From Octopus sinensis (Eukaryota): a stretch of DNA of 64,000 nucleotides. Of the stretch, positions 12,507-25,544 are shown one piece after another (positions within the stretch are counted from its first letter, which is position 1; each line of letters starts with the position of its first letter). Made by a program: the position numbers and the translations under genes. The notes under the pieces are model-generated. The model was given only the letters and a program-made list of their open reading frames with translations. It made no database searches and was not told the origin of the DNA. Location of the stretch: contig NC_042997.1 of NCBI RefSeq assembly GCF_006345805.1, forward strand, positions 77,066,001 to 77,130,000, given 5' to 3'.

Positions 12507-15500
12507 GTCAGCTACCATCATCTAGGTCAGCTACCATCATCTCGGCATATGCCCCTTAACCAGGGCTACCGGAAGGACAAAAAGACCAACTCTATGACAC
12601 CCTATTGTGGACTACCTCGTTGATAAATGACAGTGACCTTCTCTTCGTGGCAGGTGATTTCAATGGACATGTTCGACGGCATGTCGGGGGCTTCCATGGC
12701 GTTCATGGAGGCTACGGTTTTGGCTCTCGTAATGAGGAGGGAACCAGGCTGCTGGAGTTCTGTGATGCAAATGACCTTATGGTCTGCAATACCAACTTCA
12801 GGAAACCCACCTCTCACCTAGTCACCTACCGTTCTGGCAGACACACTAGCCAGATTGACTACATCCTTGCCAGAAAAAGGGAAAGAGGGCTGCTTATAAA
12901 TGCCAAAACCTTTTCAGGTGAAGAATGTACTCCTCAACATAGATTAGTAGTTAGCGACTTCAGGATCAGAGCTAAATGGTTGCCCAGAAGAAGACCAGCT
13001 TGGAGGAGAAAGGTCTGGAAGCTTAAAGATCCTGCAAATGGACAGAGATTTAGAGACATATTACTCAAAGCTTTTGACGAAATAGAAGGGGATATAGATT
13101 CACTTAATGTGGAAGACAACTGGAGATTTCTACGGCACAATCTGCTGACAGCCACTGACCAGATCTGTGGATGGAGCAAAGTACCATCTCGACCCAGAGT
13201 AACATGGTGGTGGAACACTGTGGTTGACAGGGCTATTAGACAAAAGAGACAGGCTTGGAAGGACTGGAAGAACGGTGGTAGCAGGGAATTGTATCAGGCA
13301 GCCAGAAGGGAAGCTAGGAGACAGGTTTATTTAGCCAGAGGGGAAGCGGATAAGAAAAAATTTGCCAATGTTCTGAGCCGTGAGGATGAAAGACTTGAGG
13401 TATTTCGTGTTGCAAGACAGTGTGTGAGAGAGAATCGTGATGTGGTAGGAGAGAAGTGTGTTCGCATGGATGATGGTTCACTTGCGCTAAATGAGGATGC
13501 AAAGAGAGAGGTTTGGAGATGCCACTATGAAAGGTTGCTGAATAAAGAAAATGAATGGGATAAAGAGAGTCTGCTGAATGTCAACCCAACAGAGGGACCA
13601 GCCATCCGAGTTGAAAATTCTTTGGTAGTTAAAGCAATTAGAAGCATGAAGACAGGGAAAGCCCCAGGCCCATCAGGAATCACTGCAGAGATGCTCAAAA
13701 TATCTGGCAGTGTCGGCTATAACCTAGTCACCCATATAGTCAACCAGGTGATACACAAAGGAGTCATACCCAATGACTGGTGTAGCTGCATACTAGTCAA
13801 CTGCTACAAAGGTAAAGGTGATGCCCTAGATACAAATAATTACAGAGGTATCAAGCTGTTGGATCAGGTAATGAAGGTTACGGAGAGGGTCATAGCCCAA
13901 CTAATTAGAGAGAGAGTTAGTTCAGATGAGATGCAGTTTGGGTTCGTGCCAGGGAAAAGTACCACTGATGCTATATTCCTGGTAAGGCAGCTGCAGGAGA
14001 AATACCTAGCCAAAGATAAGCCCCTGTACCTGGCTTTCGTTGACATGGAGAAAGCCTTTGATAGGGCCCCCCGATCCCTTATCTGGTGGTCAATGAGGAA
14101 ACTAGGGATAGATGAATGGCTGGTGAGGGCTGTGCAAGCCATGTACAGAGATGCCGTAAGTAAGGTTAGAGTTGGCAACATGTACACAGAAGAATTCAAA
14201 GTAGAGGTTGGGGTCCACCAGGGTTCAGTACTCAGCCCCCTCCTATTTATCTTAGTCCTCCAGGCAATTACGGAGGAATTCAAGACAGGTTGCCCCTGGG
14301 AGCTCCTCTATGCTGACGACCTTGCTCTAATTGCTGAGTCACTATCAGAACTGGAGGAGAAGTTCCAGGTGTGGAAGGAGGGTTTAGAATCGAGGGGCCT
14401 TAGAGTCAACCTAGCTAAAACCAAAGTACTAATAAGTAGGAAGGTAGACAATCCACAAATGTCTTCAGGAAGATGGCCCTGCTCGATCTGTAGAAAAGGT
14501 GTAGGTAGAAACTCTATTAGATGTACCCAGTGTAAGCTATGGACACATAAGAGGTGCAGCAATGTCAAAGGTAGGCTAACTGGGAAGATAGTTTTTGTAT
14601 GTGGCAGACGCTCGGGAGCAAAGTTTAGGGAGCTCTTACCTCTGCTGGTGACAAAAGGCCTCTCGCTCAGAGTAAAAGGCAGACTGTATGATGCATGTGT
14701 ACAAACAGCCATGCTACATGGCAGTGAAACATGGGCCGTGACTGCTGAGGACATGCGTAAGCTCGTGAGGAATGAAGCCAGTATGCTCCGATGGATGTGT
14801 AATGTCAGTGTACATACTCGACAGAGCGTTAGTACCTTGAGAGAAATGTTGTACCTAAGAAGCATCAGTTGTGGTGTGCAAGAAAGACGATTGCGCTGGT
14901 ATGGTCATGTGGCGAGAATGGATGAAGATAGCTGTGTGAGAAAGTGCCAATCCCTAGCAGTTGAGGGAACCCGTGGAAGAGGTAGACCCACGAAAACCTG
15001 GGATGAGGTGGTGAAGCACGACCTTCGAACTTTAGGCCTCACTGAGGAAATGACCAGCGACCGAGACCTTTGGAATTATGCTGTACGTGAGAAGACCAGG
15101 CAGGACAAGTGAGCCCAGCCCACTTATGCATGCCTTTCCTCCCTTGGACACAAAGACCTGTTGAGGCAAGCGAAGTCGATATAGAACCTCATCCGACAAC
15201 AGGCACCCATGCCAACCCCCTTTGCTTGCGAAGACATGTTGGGGCAAGCGAAATCGAAATCGAATTGAACCAGCCAGGACCCCTGGACTGGTGGTACGTA
15301 AAAAGCACTATCCGACTCGTGGCCGATGCCAGCGCCGCCTCGACTGGCTTCCGTGCCGGTGGCATGTAAAATGCACCAATCCAACCGTGGCCGTTGCCAG
15401 CCTCGCCTGGCACTTGTGCAGGTGGCATGTGAAAAGCACCCACTACACTCACAGAGTGGTTGGCGTTAGGAAAGGCATCCAGCTGTAGAAACTTTGCCAG

Positions 15501-15606
15501 ATAAGACTGGAGCCTGGGGCAGCCTTCTGGCTTCCCAGATCCCCGGTCGAACCGTCCAACCCATGCTAGCATGGAGAACAGATGTTAAACGATGATGATG
15601 ATGATG
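12507..15606 (+). mobile_element. RTE-clade LINE, 5'-truncated within APE, young; ORF 12605-15112 open but with a 153-bp in-frame deletion
   Basis: ATIISAYAP, AGDFNGHV, SQIDYIL, NYRGIKLL, FVDMEKAFD, GVHQGSVLSP, YADD, RRLRWYGHV; 3' UTR and (GAT)n tail. Confidence 0.96.
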
Positions 15607-16139
15607 TATTATATATTATATTTGGAGAAATAGTTGTGTTAATTAATATTCTATAGAAATCTTTCTCTTACTGTCTTTTCATATATTATTACAGTTTTTG
15701 AAAACTTATTTTGATATATATTCCTATGTTCCCACGTTACTATACTATGTAATATTAATTCTTACAAATATCTATACCAGTGGATTTAATGTGTTGAAGG
15801 GACAATAACTTGCAGATATAAATATTATTTCCAACTATTATCATTTAGTCTTCTATTTCTGAAACCTGTGTGAAGTGAATTATTTGAAAGCTGTGATAAG
15901 CAGTTTATCAGAAGCTTACCTCCTACTGTACAGCATTTACCACAGATTACAATAAGTTAAAACTTTATTTATTTTGTATTGCTGTTCTTATTTTCATTGT
16001 TATTTTCTTTTGAGAATCAATTTTCTTGACAAATTGTATTGAAATTGAATATAAATTGGTCAGATGTCTATGGTTCTATAGTTCACTATGAGTTAAAGAA
16101 GGTTGACTAATAAGAGCTTTTCACAAACAAACTAACAAT

Positions 16140-16368
16140 CTGATGATATGTGGGGTAACATTCAATGGATATGCTGGGCAGCAACACCCTGATGAATTCC
16201 ATGGTGTGCATGGGGGGCAGGTTATGTCTTTGGTTTTCAAAGAAGGAAGAGGAAACAAAGCTCATGGAGTTCTTCGTTGCTAATGAACTGACAATTTGCA
16301 ACACTAATTTCAGAAAATCAGCTTGTCACCTGATCACTTATCAATTAGGCAACTACACAAACCAGTAA
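16140..16368 (+). mobile_element. Old RTE APE fragment
   Basis: EEETKLMEFFVANELTICNTNFRKSACHLITYQ is homologous to EEGTRLLEFCDANDLMVCNTNFRKPTSHLVTY of the 12507 copy. Confidence 0.8.
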
Positions 16369-17057
16369 CACTTCATTCTCTCTTGCAAGTAAGATAGACA
16401 GATGGTTGTGAATTATAAGTCCAGTGTAATTGTATTAAAAATATGCTGAATTATAAAGTTGAGAAAAAAAGTGGATGGGGTCCTGATCTCTAGGTTTTGA
16501 TAAATAGTGAGATTTATCAATTAATATAGCTCATTTCTTTCAAATCTCTTGATCATTATTTATATCTTGTCAGTTTGCTTCACAGCTTTTCAGCAATGCT
16601 CACACTTGACACCTTACCACATAAATTACTCTCACAATGTCTTTTCCTTGTTCAAACCAGTGTGGTATTTCATTAGGCCTTACCCAATTTTTTTTTTTTT
16701 TTTGTTACCTAGTCTCATTTCTATTGATAACCTCTGTTTTTCAAGCTTTCTTCTGGGTCAAGAAATTATCATGACTAACCACACATCAGTTTTAAGCTAG
16801 CTCCTGTGAAGGGCTCTTCATTGGGCCTCCTGCCCAACAATGACACTTCATGCATTGAGTACATATTAAATTTTATTAAACTTGACCAATGTTTTTCAAG
16901 CAATGAACAATTTTCATCAAAACAGTGATATAATTTGTCAACTTGGAACTTATTGTAAAGCTGCATGATAAACATTTTCTGTTTTCCCATTACAATACAA
17001 TTTTTTTCTGTCAGTACAATTTCTTTTCTATCTAGCCTCTCTCTCTCTTTCTGGTGA

Positions 17058-17320
17058 TTGTTTTCAACCATCACCGTCACCACCACAACTGCCATACACA
17101 CACCATTCAGACTTCTGATGCCACCACCATCAATACCTTTGACTTCACTGCCTTCTCCTCCACCATCATCACCACTGTCTTTCACATCGCTTACTATCAC
17201 TGTCATCCCTGAACGCCACAGCTACCACTACCATCATCACTGTTGCCTCCACCTCTATCACAACTACAGCTCATATTATTGCTATTACCCCATTACCATC
17301 ACAGCCATCAATCTACTACT
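17058..17320. repeat. CAC/CAT-rich low-complexity tract
   Basis: Degenerate trinucleotide repeats. The overlapping ORFs are compositional artefacts. Confidence 0.75.
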
Positions 17321-18514
17321 GCCCTTACCATCTCTATGCCTGGTATTACTCTCATCCCAACATGAGGAATAGTAGAAGTGTCATTGAATAGTGAGAGAGG
17401 GGGTCAAAGTGTAACACTGAAACAGAAATTCGTTTTGGCTTTTATTATTATAGATGACTTTCCTAGATGGAATACTTTCACTTAGATATTATTTGTACAA
17501 CATTCCTTCCTGAGAATTGGGAAAGCATCCTCCTTAGTCTAAACTGAGTGTATTTCTTAATGCTATTCTCTTAAAGGTGATGCCTTCACCCTTAAGTTTT
17601 TGCTTAGTTCCAGCTTAAACTCAAGTTCCAGACTTATCAAAAAATATTTAAGCCATGATCACTATCGGAATAGAGTATCTTGACATGCATTTATTGGTTA
17701 AAAAACAACTTTTTCAAAAACCCATATCATCTCCTAGAAAAGCTTAACCAATTCCCTACACTATAGTCTCAATATTCAGGGCTCTTGTGTTTTCCCCCCA
17801 TTTTCTGGCATTCTATGTTCTTTTGTTACCTGTCCCTACATTTTCTATTATAGCGTGAGTGGGAGAACAGAGCAGAGATGGCAAGACAGCCAGTTGTTAG
17901 GGGCAAGCCATCTGCACATCATAGGAGAATTCAATTATCTTTGTTAATTTGTTTTAAAAATACCCAGAAAGTTAACAAGTTTCTGGAACTTTTATAACTT
18001 GAAAGAAATTTTTAGAAAATAGAAATAGACACAACTTGGCATTTCTTGAGTTTAAGATATCACTTTTACTTTTGTCATTCAGCATTTTGTATTATTTTGT
18101 TTGTTGTGTGCCAAAAATTAATTTGAAAAATTTGCATTGCTGTTCATGTTTTATACAAATATGCACATACACACAAACTCTCTCTGTCTCACACACACAC
18201 ACACACACACACACACTTACATGCTTTAACTAAGTAGTTTTATCAATTGTTGTTGAATTAGTTGTAATAAGGTATCTCTAAAAAAAATTGTAATAGTCCT
18301 ATGTCCATATTATGCATTGAGTAGTTTTCAATGTATAATAAGATGCATATACATAAGACAAAAACAAATGTGATGTCTTAAACTCAAAGATTGCTCATTA
18401 GGTTTTGCAGTAAAGCACAAAATTTATAACAGAAAGAAAAAAAAAGTACTGAAAATAAATAAGATGCCTGTTTTCAGGGGTTACATATTATAAGAATTGC
18501 ACTTATATTATTAA

Positions 18515-19600
18515 ATAGTAGTATACCCGTGCCATCAGAAATGATGGCATGAAAATGATATGGAAAATAAGATTAAAATAAAAACATTACAACCTTTATC
18601 TCAGTAATTCTAGTGAAAACCCTACCAACAATGAGTTTGCCTTGTTTTGGATGGTCTTTTTCAGTAATAACCATTATTCTTCCATTCTTCTCCTTGATGT
18701 TCTCTTTTGATTTCTCTCCTTTGTACTGCTTCTTCTTCCATTTCATCTTGTTGCCTTTGTGATGCTCTCATTCTTAGATATTCTTTCCTCACTGCTGCTT
18801 GCTCTTCTATTTCATCTTGAGTGCTTTTGCTCTGCTCTCTCTCTCTCTTTGGATATCTCTCCTTTTCATTTTGACGTCTTCGAGCCTTGTCTTCTTGTGC
18901 TCATCTCTCGTGTCTCACTTCTTGTGAGTGATTTAATAACCTTAATGTATTGCTTTTATCTTCTTGCATCCAGTTCTTCTTGAGTGAGACTGGTTTTTCT
19001 TTGCCTTTGTCTCTCTCTCTGGCTAACCATCATCTATCTGATTTGTTCTCCAAGACTAATGCAGAATTACACCTCTCCTGGAAAAATGCATTTTTAAAAA
19101 AAAATTTTTATGCATTCCTATGTTTTAGATGTTGAATATGTTTTCAATGTCGGAAATTATGAATATACAAAAAAAAATTTAGATAGATATGAATGTCTTC
19201 CTGGAGCTAAAAACAACATTAACACCATCTTCTATAGGTCCGCCACATTTAGTTGACAAATATATTTTATGAATAGATGGATAGGGATAGACCGACAAAC
19301 AAATAAATGGATGAAAAAGTTAAAAACTTAAAATTGGAGGAGGGGGTGAAATTTGAGCCCCTTATTAAACTTTATAGCATTAATTATTAAACATTAATGT
19401 TTGTTTCTTATAAAATGGTGTATTAGTAGACAAAATTAAAATTTTAAATTTGGGGGTGGGGGTTAAAAAAATTTTATTTTCATATTTGTAATCTCCGACA
19501 TCTAAAATGTAGGAATCCAAAAATATTTTTCAAGGAGAGGTACAATTCTGCATTAGCCCCCATTCTCCAGAGCAAGTGGATGAATATATTTAATACAGGG
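18515..19600 (-). mobile_element. Helitron-like remnant with 3' hairpin and degenerate STPR-like repeats
   Basis: On the minus strand, hairpin 18528-18551 is followed by GGGTATACTACTAT (CTAG-like end). 18660-19040 translates with stops to SLTQEELDARR..., QDEIEEQAAVRKE and QQDEMEEEAVQRRE. The 5' boundary is uncertain. Confidence 0.5.
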
Positions 19601-20649
19601 AATATAAACTTCGAAACAAATTAGTATATTTGTGTGTGTGTATGTGTGTGTGTGTGAGTACATAACCATACAAAGTCTAAAATTACACAGAATTACATTA
19701 ATGGCATACACACAGACTTATTTTTTTTCCAGCAACATCTACATGTTCTCTATCGCTGTCTGTCTGCCTCTGTCTCTCTCTCTCTCGCTCACTCTCTTTA
19801 CAGCCTGAAACAGAGAATGATCTTGAAGACAAGCTTCACCGCCTTAGCAAAATTCTTCATTCATAAATATTTACAAATATCACGGTATCAGCAAGTATTT
19901 GTAAATATCTATAATTACCTTCCTTTTATGTTTAGCTTTCTTTAAACAGTCAATATTATCAAGCTTTCTTTCAGTAGACAATATTTTAATCCTATGACTA
20001 AAAAATTACTACTTATTTATTTATCTTATATTTCAATGAAAATGTTGTTGTTGAGGGAGAGAAAGAGAGAAAGGCAGTGTTCAATAAAGTGAAAAGGTTT
20101 TTGTTGAGAGAGAGAGAGAGCGCAAGAGGCACTGTTTGATACCACTCTCTATCTCTTAATTGTTATTACCATTTTGTCTCATCTCTTGTTTTATTCTTAC
20201 TGAACTCTGCTACTCCCTCATTGCATGAATTTAGACAAACTTACAAACAAGCTCATTATTATAATAGATGTAATTATGTATCTGTGATCTCAACAGAGTT
20301 GCTACAACTTCATTGTAAACAAATATTTTTTATTGTTATAAGATGGATATTGAAGGTAGTGTACAAGTTACATTGTAGATGGGATTAAGTATAAAGATTA
20401 GGGTAAAATTTGTTGTAAAATGCTTATATCCTGAATACAGAGATAGAACATGCATGAGTGTATTTACTAGTAATCAAACACAAATGATACAAATATTACA
20501 ACCTTGTGGAAACTTTGTAAATTTGTAGAAAATCATTTAAGTGAATTCAATGAAAAATAAAATAAATTAAACAAGCATAATTGTGAACAGAAACTTATTG
20601 CATCAGGTTCTGTTACAATTCATTGGCATTAAGCTTTTGGATACTCCAA

Positions 20650-21330
20650 GATTTAGTTATCCTACCAACATTTTTCTGTCTCTGTACTAATTACCTACTT
20701 TGCTATTTTTTCTGGCATGCCACTCCCCTTTATAGATGCTACTTCTCTTCATGCTCTGATACCTTTTAATAAGCAAGCAGCACCTTCACTCATATTAGAT
20801 CTCCACATTGAATATATACTACTTCCATGAATTAAATCTATGAAAACTCCCTAGAAACATGGGAACTTGGTCTTTTACAACAGCAATAAAATACAGTCAA
20901 TACACATTATTATCACATTATTACTCCTTTTCAGCCTATGAACAACTAGCAACTACAACCTTCACAAACCTCACACAGATAGTGAAGGCTAATTCAAATG
21001 ATAGACCTTACAATGTCTAATTAGCTTCCATGGTGACTACATATCTATAACATTGCCAAAACTGCATTCCAAATGCCAGGTCTTCTCTTTAACACCAAAA
21101 ATTACTTCAGCTATAATGAGATACTGAACCTGTACAAAATACATGTTCTTTTGGGCCTCTCAGTTTGCAGGATTATGTACCACAGATTCACATGCCACTC
21201 CTCTTGCCGTTTGTGTCTCACTCTGAAAACACTGAATTATAAATGCGGAAACAAGTCTCTGGAATTCTTTCCTTCTTTCTGTATCAGCTGCATCGACCCC
21301 GCAGGGCACTGTCCTTCTTCTCAAAACCAA
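20650..21330 (+). mobile_element. Old LINE RT C-terminal fragment, similar to 11040-11440
   Basis: Degenerate GNLVFYNSNKIQ and HIYNIAKTAFQMPGLLFNTKNYFSYNEILNLYK. Confidence 0.45.
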
Positions 21331-22365
21331 AAACTCTGTTTCAGGAATTTAGAAAGTTATGATATTTTCATGTTATATTTTGAAGATTTCTCCAGACTAT
21401 TGGAAGACAAGGACCACTCAGTTACATTGAGGGATACTTAATTTGAAATTGAGGACCTACCAAAGTTAATGGGAAATAAAAATTCTTAGTCTCACATGAG
21501 GAAAACATGTCTCGGTTGCAACTGCTTATGGCAAAAACCTTCTAATTTTGTCCACTTTGTCATTTCTCTTTTGTTTGTTTCTCATAGCGATTAGTCACTT
21601 AATATAAACAAGAGTAAATAGTCAGTGAATTTTGAGCCATTATGATAACTGATAAGGTTCAGTTTATTTTTAAAATTTTCACTCCATAAACTTTCTGAAA
21701 TCATTTCAACATTGCATTTGCTACTGCATTTGAGTAAATCTGAGCAGTTTTGGGTGTTGTGGTAACATATAACTGCCACTAGTTTTTTAAAGTACAGATC
21801 AAAAGACTAAGCTTATTCAAACACTGGAAGTTTGCATATCCCAAATTCCACCTAACTCTCTCATTTATTTCCCTTAGAATCAACTTAAGAACTTTTACAT
21901 GGTCACTTAACCTGCTAGAAGTAACAGCCAAATCTTTTTCAGATTACATCCTACCATCTTCAGTAAGGGCACATGTAGTATTTTCATTTTAATACACAGA
22001 TCTGCTTCTTATAATTCATTTAATAAATAAATTTTATAGTATTGTATGTATTTCTTATAATCATTTTGTGTGTCACTTTTTCTGTTTTTATATGTATATG
22101 CCAGGTCATTTGAATGAATGTTAACTTAGCCAACCTGGGTGTTGTATACAGTCAACTGTGGGAGGGTGCAATAGAAGCTGATGGAAGCAGACAACTATAC
22201 AAACCAATTCATTCTCTGCCCAATGTAGAAAAATTAATGATTCTGATAAATGAATTGCATAATTTCAAATCAAAGAGATTCAACTAGTTTGAATCAAAGT
22301 TCAGCACAGAAGTTGTTTATTTAATGATCAGTAAATTCCTCTCCAATAACTGCAACTGGTAATAC

Positions 22366-22449
22366 CTCTACTTTCTAAGTCCATTAATATTGACACTAAT
22401 GCCATTAACACAGGGTAATATTTCCTCCACCTCATCTCTTTCTCTTTTA
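22366..22449 (-). CDS. Candidate internal exon of the host gene (xKEKEMRWRKYYPVLMALVSILMDLESR)
   Basis: Acceptor tattgactattgcag|, donor GAG|gtatta; 84 nt, frame-preserving. Confidence 0.4.
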
Positions 22450-23717
22450 CTGCAATAGTCAATATAATACTGGTTCTCATTTTAACAGTTTAAAATGAAA
22501 TTGCAGCAACCCATACACTATATGTTCTTACATTAAGACCTGCCCTCTTAACTCTACATTGCTAAGTGGTGCAGTTGGTTTGAAAAAAGGTGTGACATTG
22601 AAGTTAGCTATATTTCAATATTTCTTCAACTTTGATATAATAGTGAAAACTGTTCTCTTAGCTATCGATGCCAAGTATTTCTCACTTACATATATTCCTA
22701 CTTTCATGTTCTAGGAGCTATAATCTGAATTATGATGTCTTTAAAATTCACTCTTTCTGATTGACTTTTGACATTTTCAATCTATACATTTGGTGCCAAA
22801 GTGTGTTTAGAGTTTGTAGGCAGCTTTTGCTTTCATTATTGTAGATTTATTAAAATGGTGTTGGTTATTTGATAGTGCTCCCGAAAAGTAAGAGTAATAG
22901 AGGAATACTAAATGACATTATATATTGGTGTATTGAATCAATATTAGAAAATGTGTGAAAACATTTTAAAAAATGTATATGGTTGTGTGACTTGTAGTAA
23001 GCTTACCAACTTCATATTTAAATTCAGTTTTCCTACAGGTGTTTCACTGTGTTTTTACACAGTAAACTGATTTCCACTGCTGTCTATGGGGAAGAGATAC
23101 CATGCTTTTCGTTAAATATTATAAATTGGCATCCTATTTAAGGACAGATTCCTCTTTCTTCTGTGCTTAATACTTTCAAAATTTTCTTAAGATTCATGCA
23201 AACATTAATTCCTCTTTATACATGAAGTAGCAGTGAGTTTAAATTTTTAGCAAATCTCAAGAAATATGACTTTCTGAGATGAAAATTCACCAATGTTTGC
23301 TCAGGATTTATTGTTGCCCTCTTGTATATTGAACACTAAAGAAAAACTGAGCATAAAAAGAAAAGGAAAACAATGTTGAACAATAAATGGTTTCCATTTC
23401 ATGCCATGATCTTGGGATGAATGACTATATACATTGAAGTAGAAGGAAAAGAAATAATAAAATGCAATGAATTGTAGATTAAAGTGCTAAATTTTTTATT
23501 TACAGTGTCATTGGTTGCTTGTCGCTTGAGTTGAGCTAACCAATGAAGATATATTTCATTGGCTGCATGAATAATAACTGAAGCACACTAGCAAACATTT
23601 AACTGAATATTTATTGCTGGTCATAAAGATAATGATATTGGCTGTTTACAATGAACAACATAAATGTTGGCTGATTGGGAGAGACACAGACAGCTCTGAA
23701 ATTGTAAAAAGCTGTCT

Positions 23718-23898
23718 GTATGACAACATGCGGTCGGCCCAAAAATATACAAGGTCAACTGTGCAACTATTTGTGGTGACGGAGGTCTTTAGCTGTTTGT
23801 CCTTGACCGATTTTGTAAATGTGACGACATGCGGTCAGTCCCAAAATATACAAAGTCAACTCTGCAAACCTTAGTGGTAATGGAGGTCTTTGGCTGTT
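23718..23898. repeat. Two diverged direct copies of an about 80-bp unit (period about 100 bp)
   Basis: GAC(A/G)ACATGCGGTC...AAATATACAA.GTCAACT.TGCAA...GGAGGTCTTT.GCTGTT at 23718-23798 and 23820-23898. Confidence 0.85.
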
Positions 23899-25329
23899 CT
23901 AGAACATTCAACTAAATTATGTCACACCACAGCTTCATGCTGATTGGTCAGTTAACAGACCAATCATGTGAAATTTTGGTGGTTTGCTTGTTGTGTCTGA
24001 CCAATTATCTTATGGTAGCAATGTCACTTAATAGCTGTTGCCATGTTACCAAGATGGAAAATAGGTATCATTATCATAATTTTATAATTGTGTTGCTGTT
24101 TAGAACTGACATCTAAGAATATCTGTTTTAATTGCCAACCATTCTATCACAGAGTATATAATTGAATCACTTAGAGATTAGTCAAACAAAATTTTTTTTT
24201 CAAAAATTGGTAATCATAAAAATAGAAACCCTTTTTATGTCATCATCAACATCATTGTTTTAACATCCACTTTTCCATGTTTGCATGAGTCTGGCAAAAC
24301 TTGTATGAGGCAGATTTTCTATAACTGAATATTTTTCTACCTTATTTGGAAATGCTCCCCTGTTTCTATGTAAGATAATATTTTCTCTTAATCCTTTTCA
24401 GACATGTCTTTACAGAAGATGATAAGCTAATAGCATGCACACACACGCTCTCTCTCTCTCTCTCTTTCACATACACACACACACAATATTTCTGTCTACC
24501 ACTTTCACTCATTATGCTTCATTCAACCTAAACCTATCGCAGAAAACACCAGTTGACAGTGCCCATGCAGTGAGAATGAACCATAAACCATATTGTCCCA
24601 ACATTAACTTCTTAACTTCATGCTAGCATCAAAATAAGTTATCATTTATGTACTTAGTAAATCATATGTTATGTGTTTCTTTTTTGTGATAGATTAAATT
24701 AAGTAAGAAATATAAATAAAATTTTATATGAACATTGAAGTTTAGGTTCTTGTCATTATTGTTATCTTTAGCAGCACTGTTATTGTTATCGTTATACCTA
24801 TTGAAATACATCATGTTCATAATGACTTGGTCTTGGAATAATAATAATGCATAAATTAAATTTAAAAAGTTCTTAACTGTAGACAAAGTTTTACAGTGAC
24901 AAACATTTGCTCGTCCCTAGAATAGTTTTCTGCCAATTATGACAATGGTACTTATATAACCACAACACATACACCCTTCTGTCATCAGATGATTTGTGTG
25001 TTAAATATCTATATTCAAAAGCATATTTTACCTAAACTGTGATATAGTATATTAAATTTTGTGCGTGTGTGTGTGCAAATGAGTTGTCAAAATCCCTTAT
25101 GGTATTTATTCCAGCCCCCTCCATGAAGGTCAACTTTGTCTTTCATCCCTTCAATGTTGATAAATGCACTTTTGTACTGGTGTCAATTCTTCTCTCCCTC
25201 CCTCTTTCTAAACTATGTTACTGTCATTTGAAATTATGCCAAAATACCATCTATGTTATTGATAATTGTTGGCTTAAATCTTCTGTCTACCTATCTATTT
25301 ATAAACTAAAAAAAATAGGCTGGCCCTTT

Positions 25330-25480
25330 GAAATACAGGTACCACTCATTTTTTCCAGCTGAGTGAACTGGAGTACCTTGAAATAAAATGTCTTGCTCAA
25401 GGACACAATGCACCATTGGGTATTGAAATTATGTTACAATTATGAGCCAAATACCCTAACCACTAAGCCACATGCTTTCA
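25330..25480 (-). mobile_element. Degenerate tRNA-derived SINE head and central domain
   Basis: The reverse complement has an A-box-like GTGGCTTAGTGG and the TGTGTCCTTGAGCAAGACA central motif seen in CORE/V/Meta-type SINEs. Confidence 0.6.
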
Positions 25481-25544
25481 CTATCTATCTATCTATACAT
25501 ACTACACTTTAAAAGGTGCACCAGATATGTGTGACATATTACCA

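Noticed and set aside
23007-23300. Minus-strand micro-exons (KTEFKYEV; KSYFLRFAKNLNSLLLH) that could bridge the exons at 28960 and 22449
   Set aside because: Each has either a weak acceptor or a weak donor; choosing one would be fitting phases after the fact.
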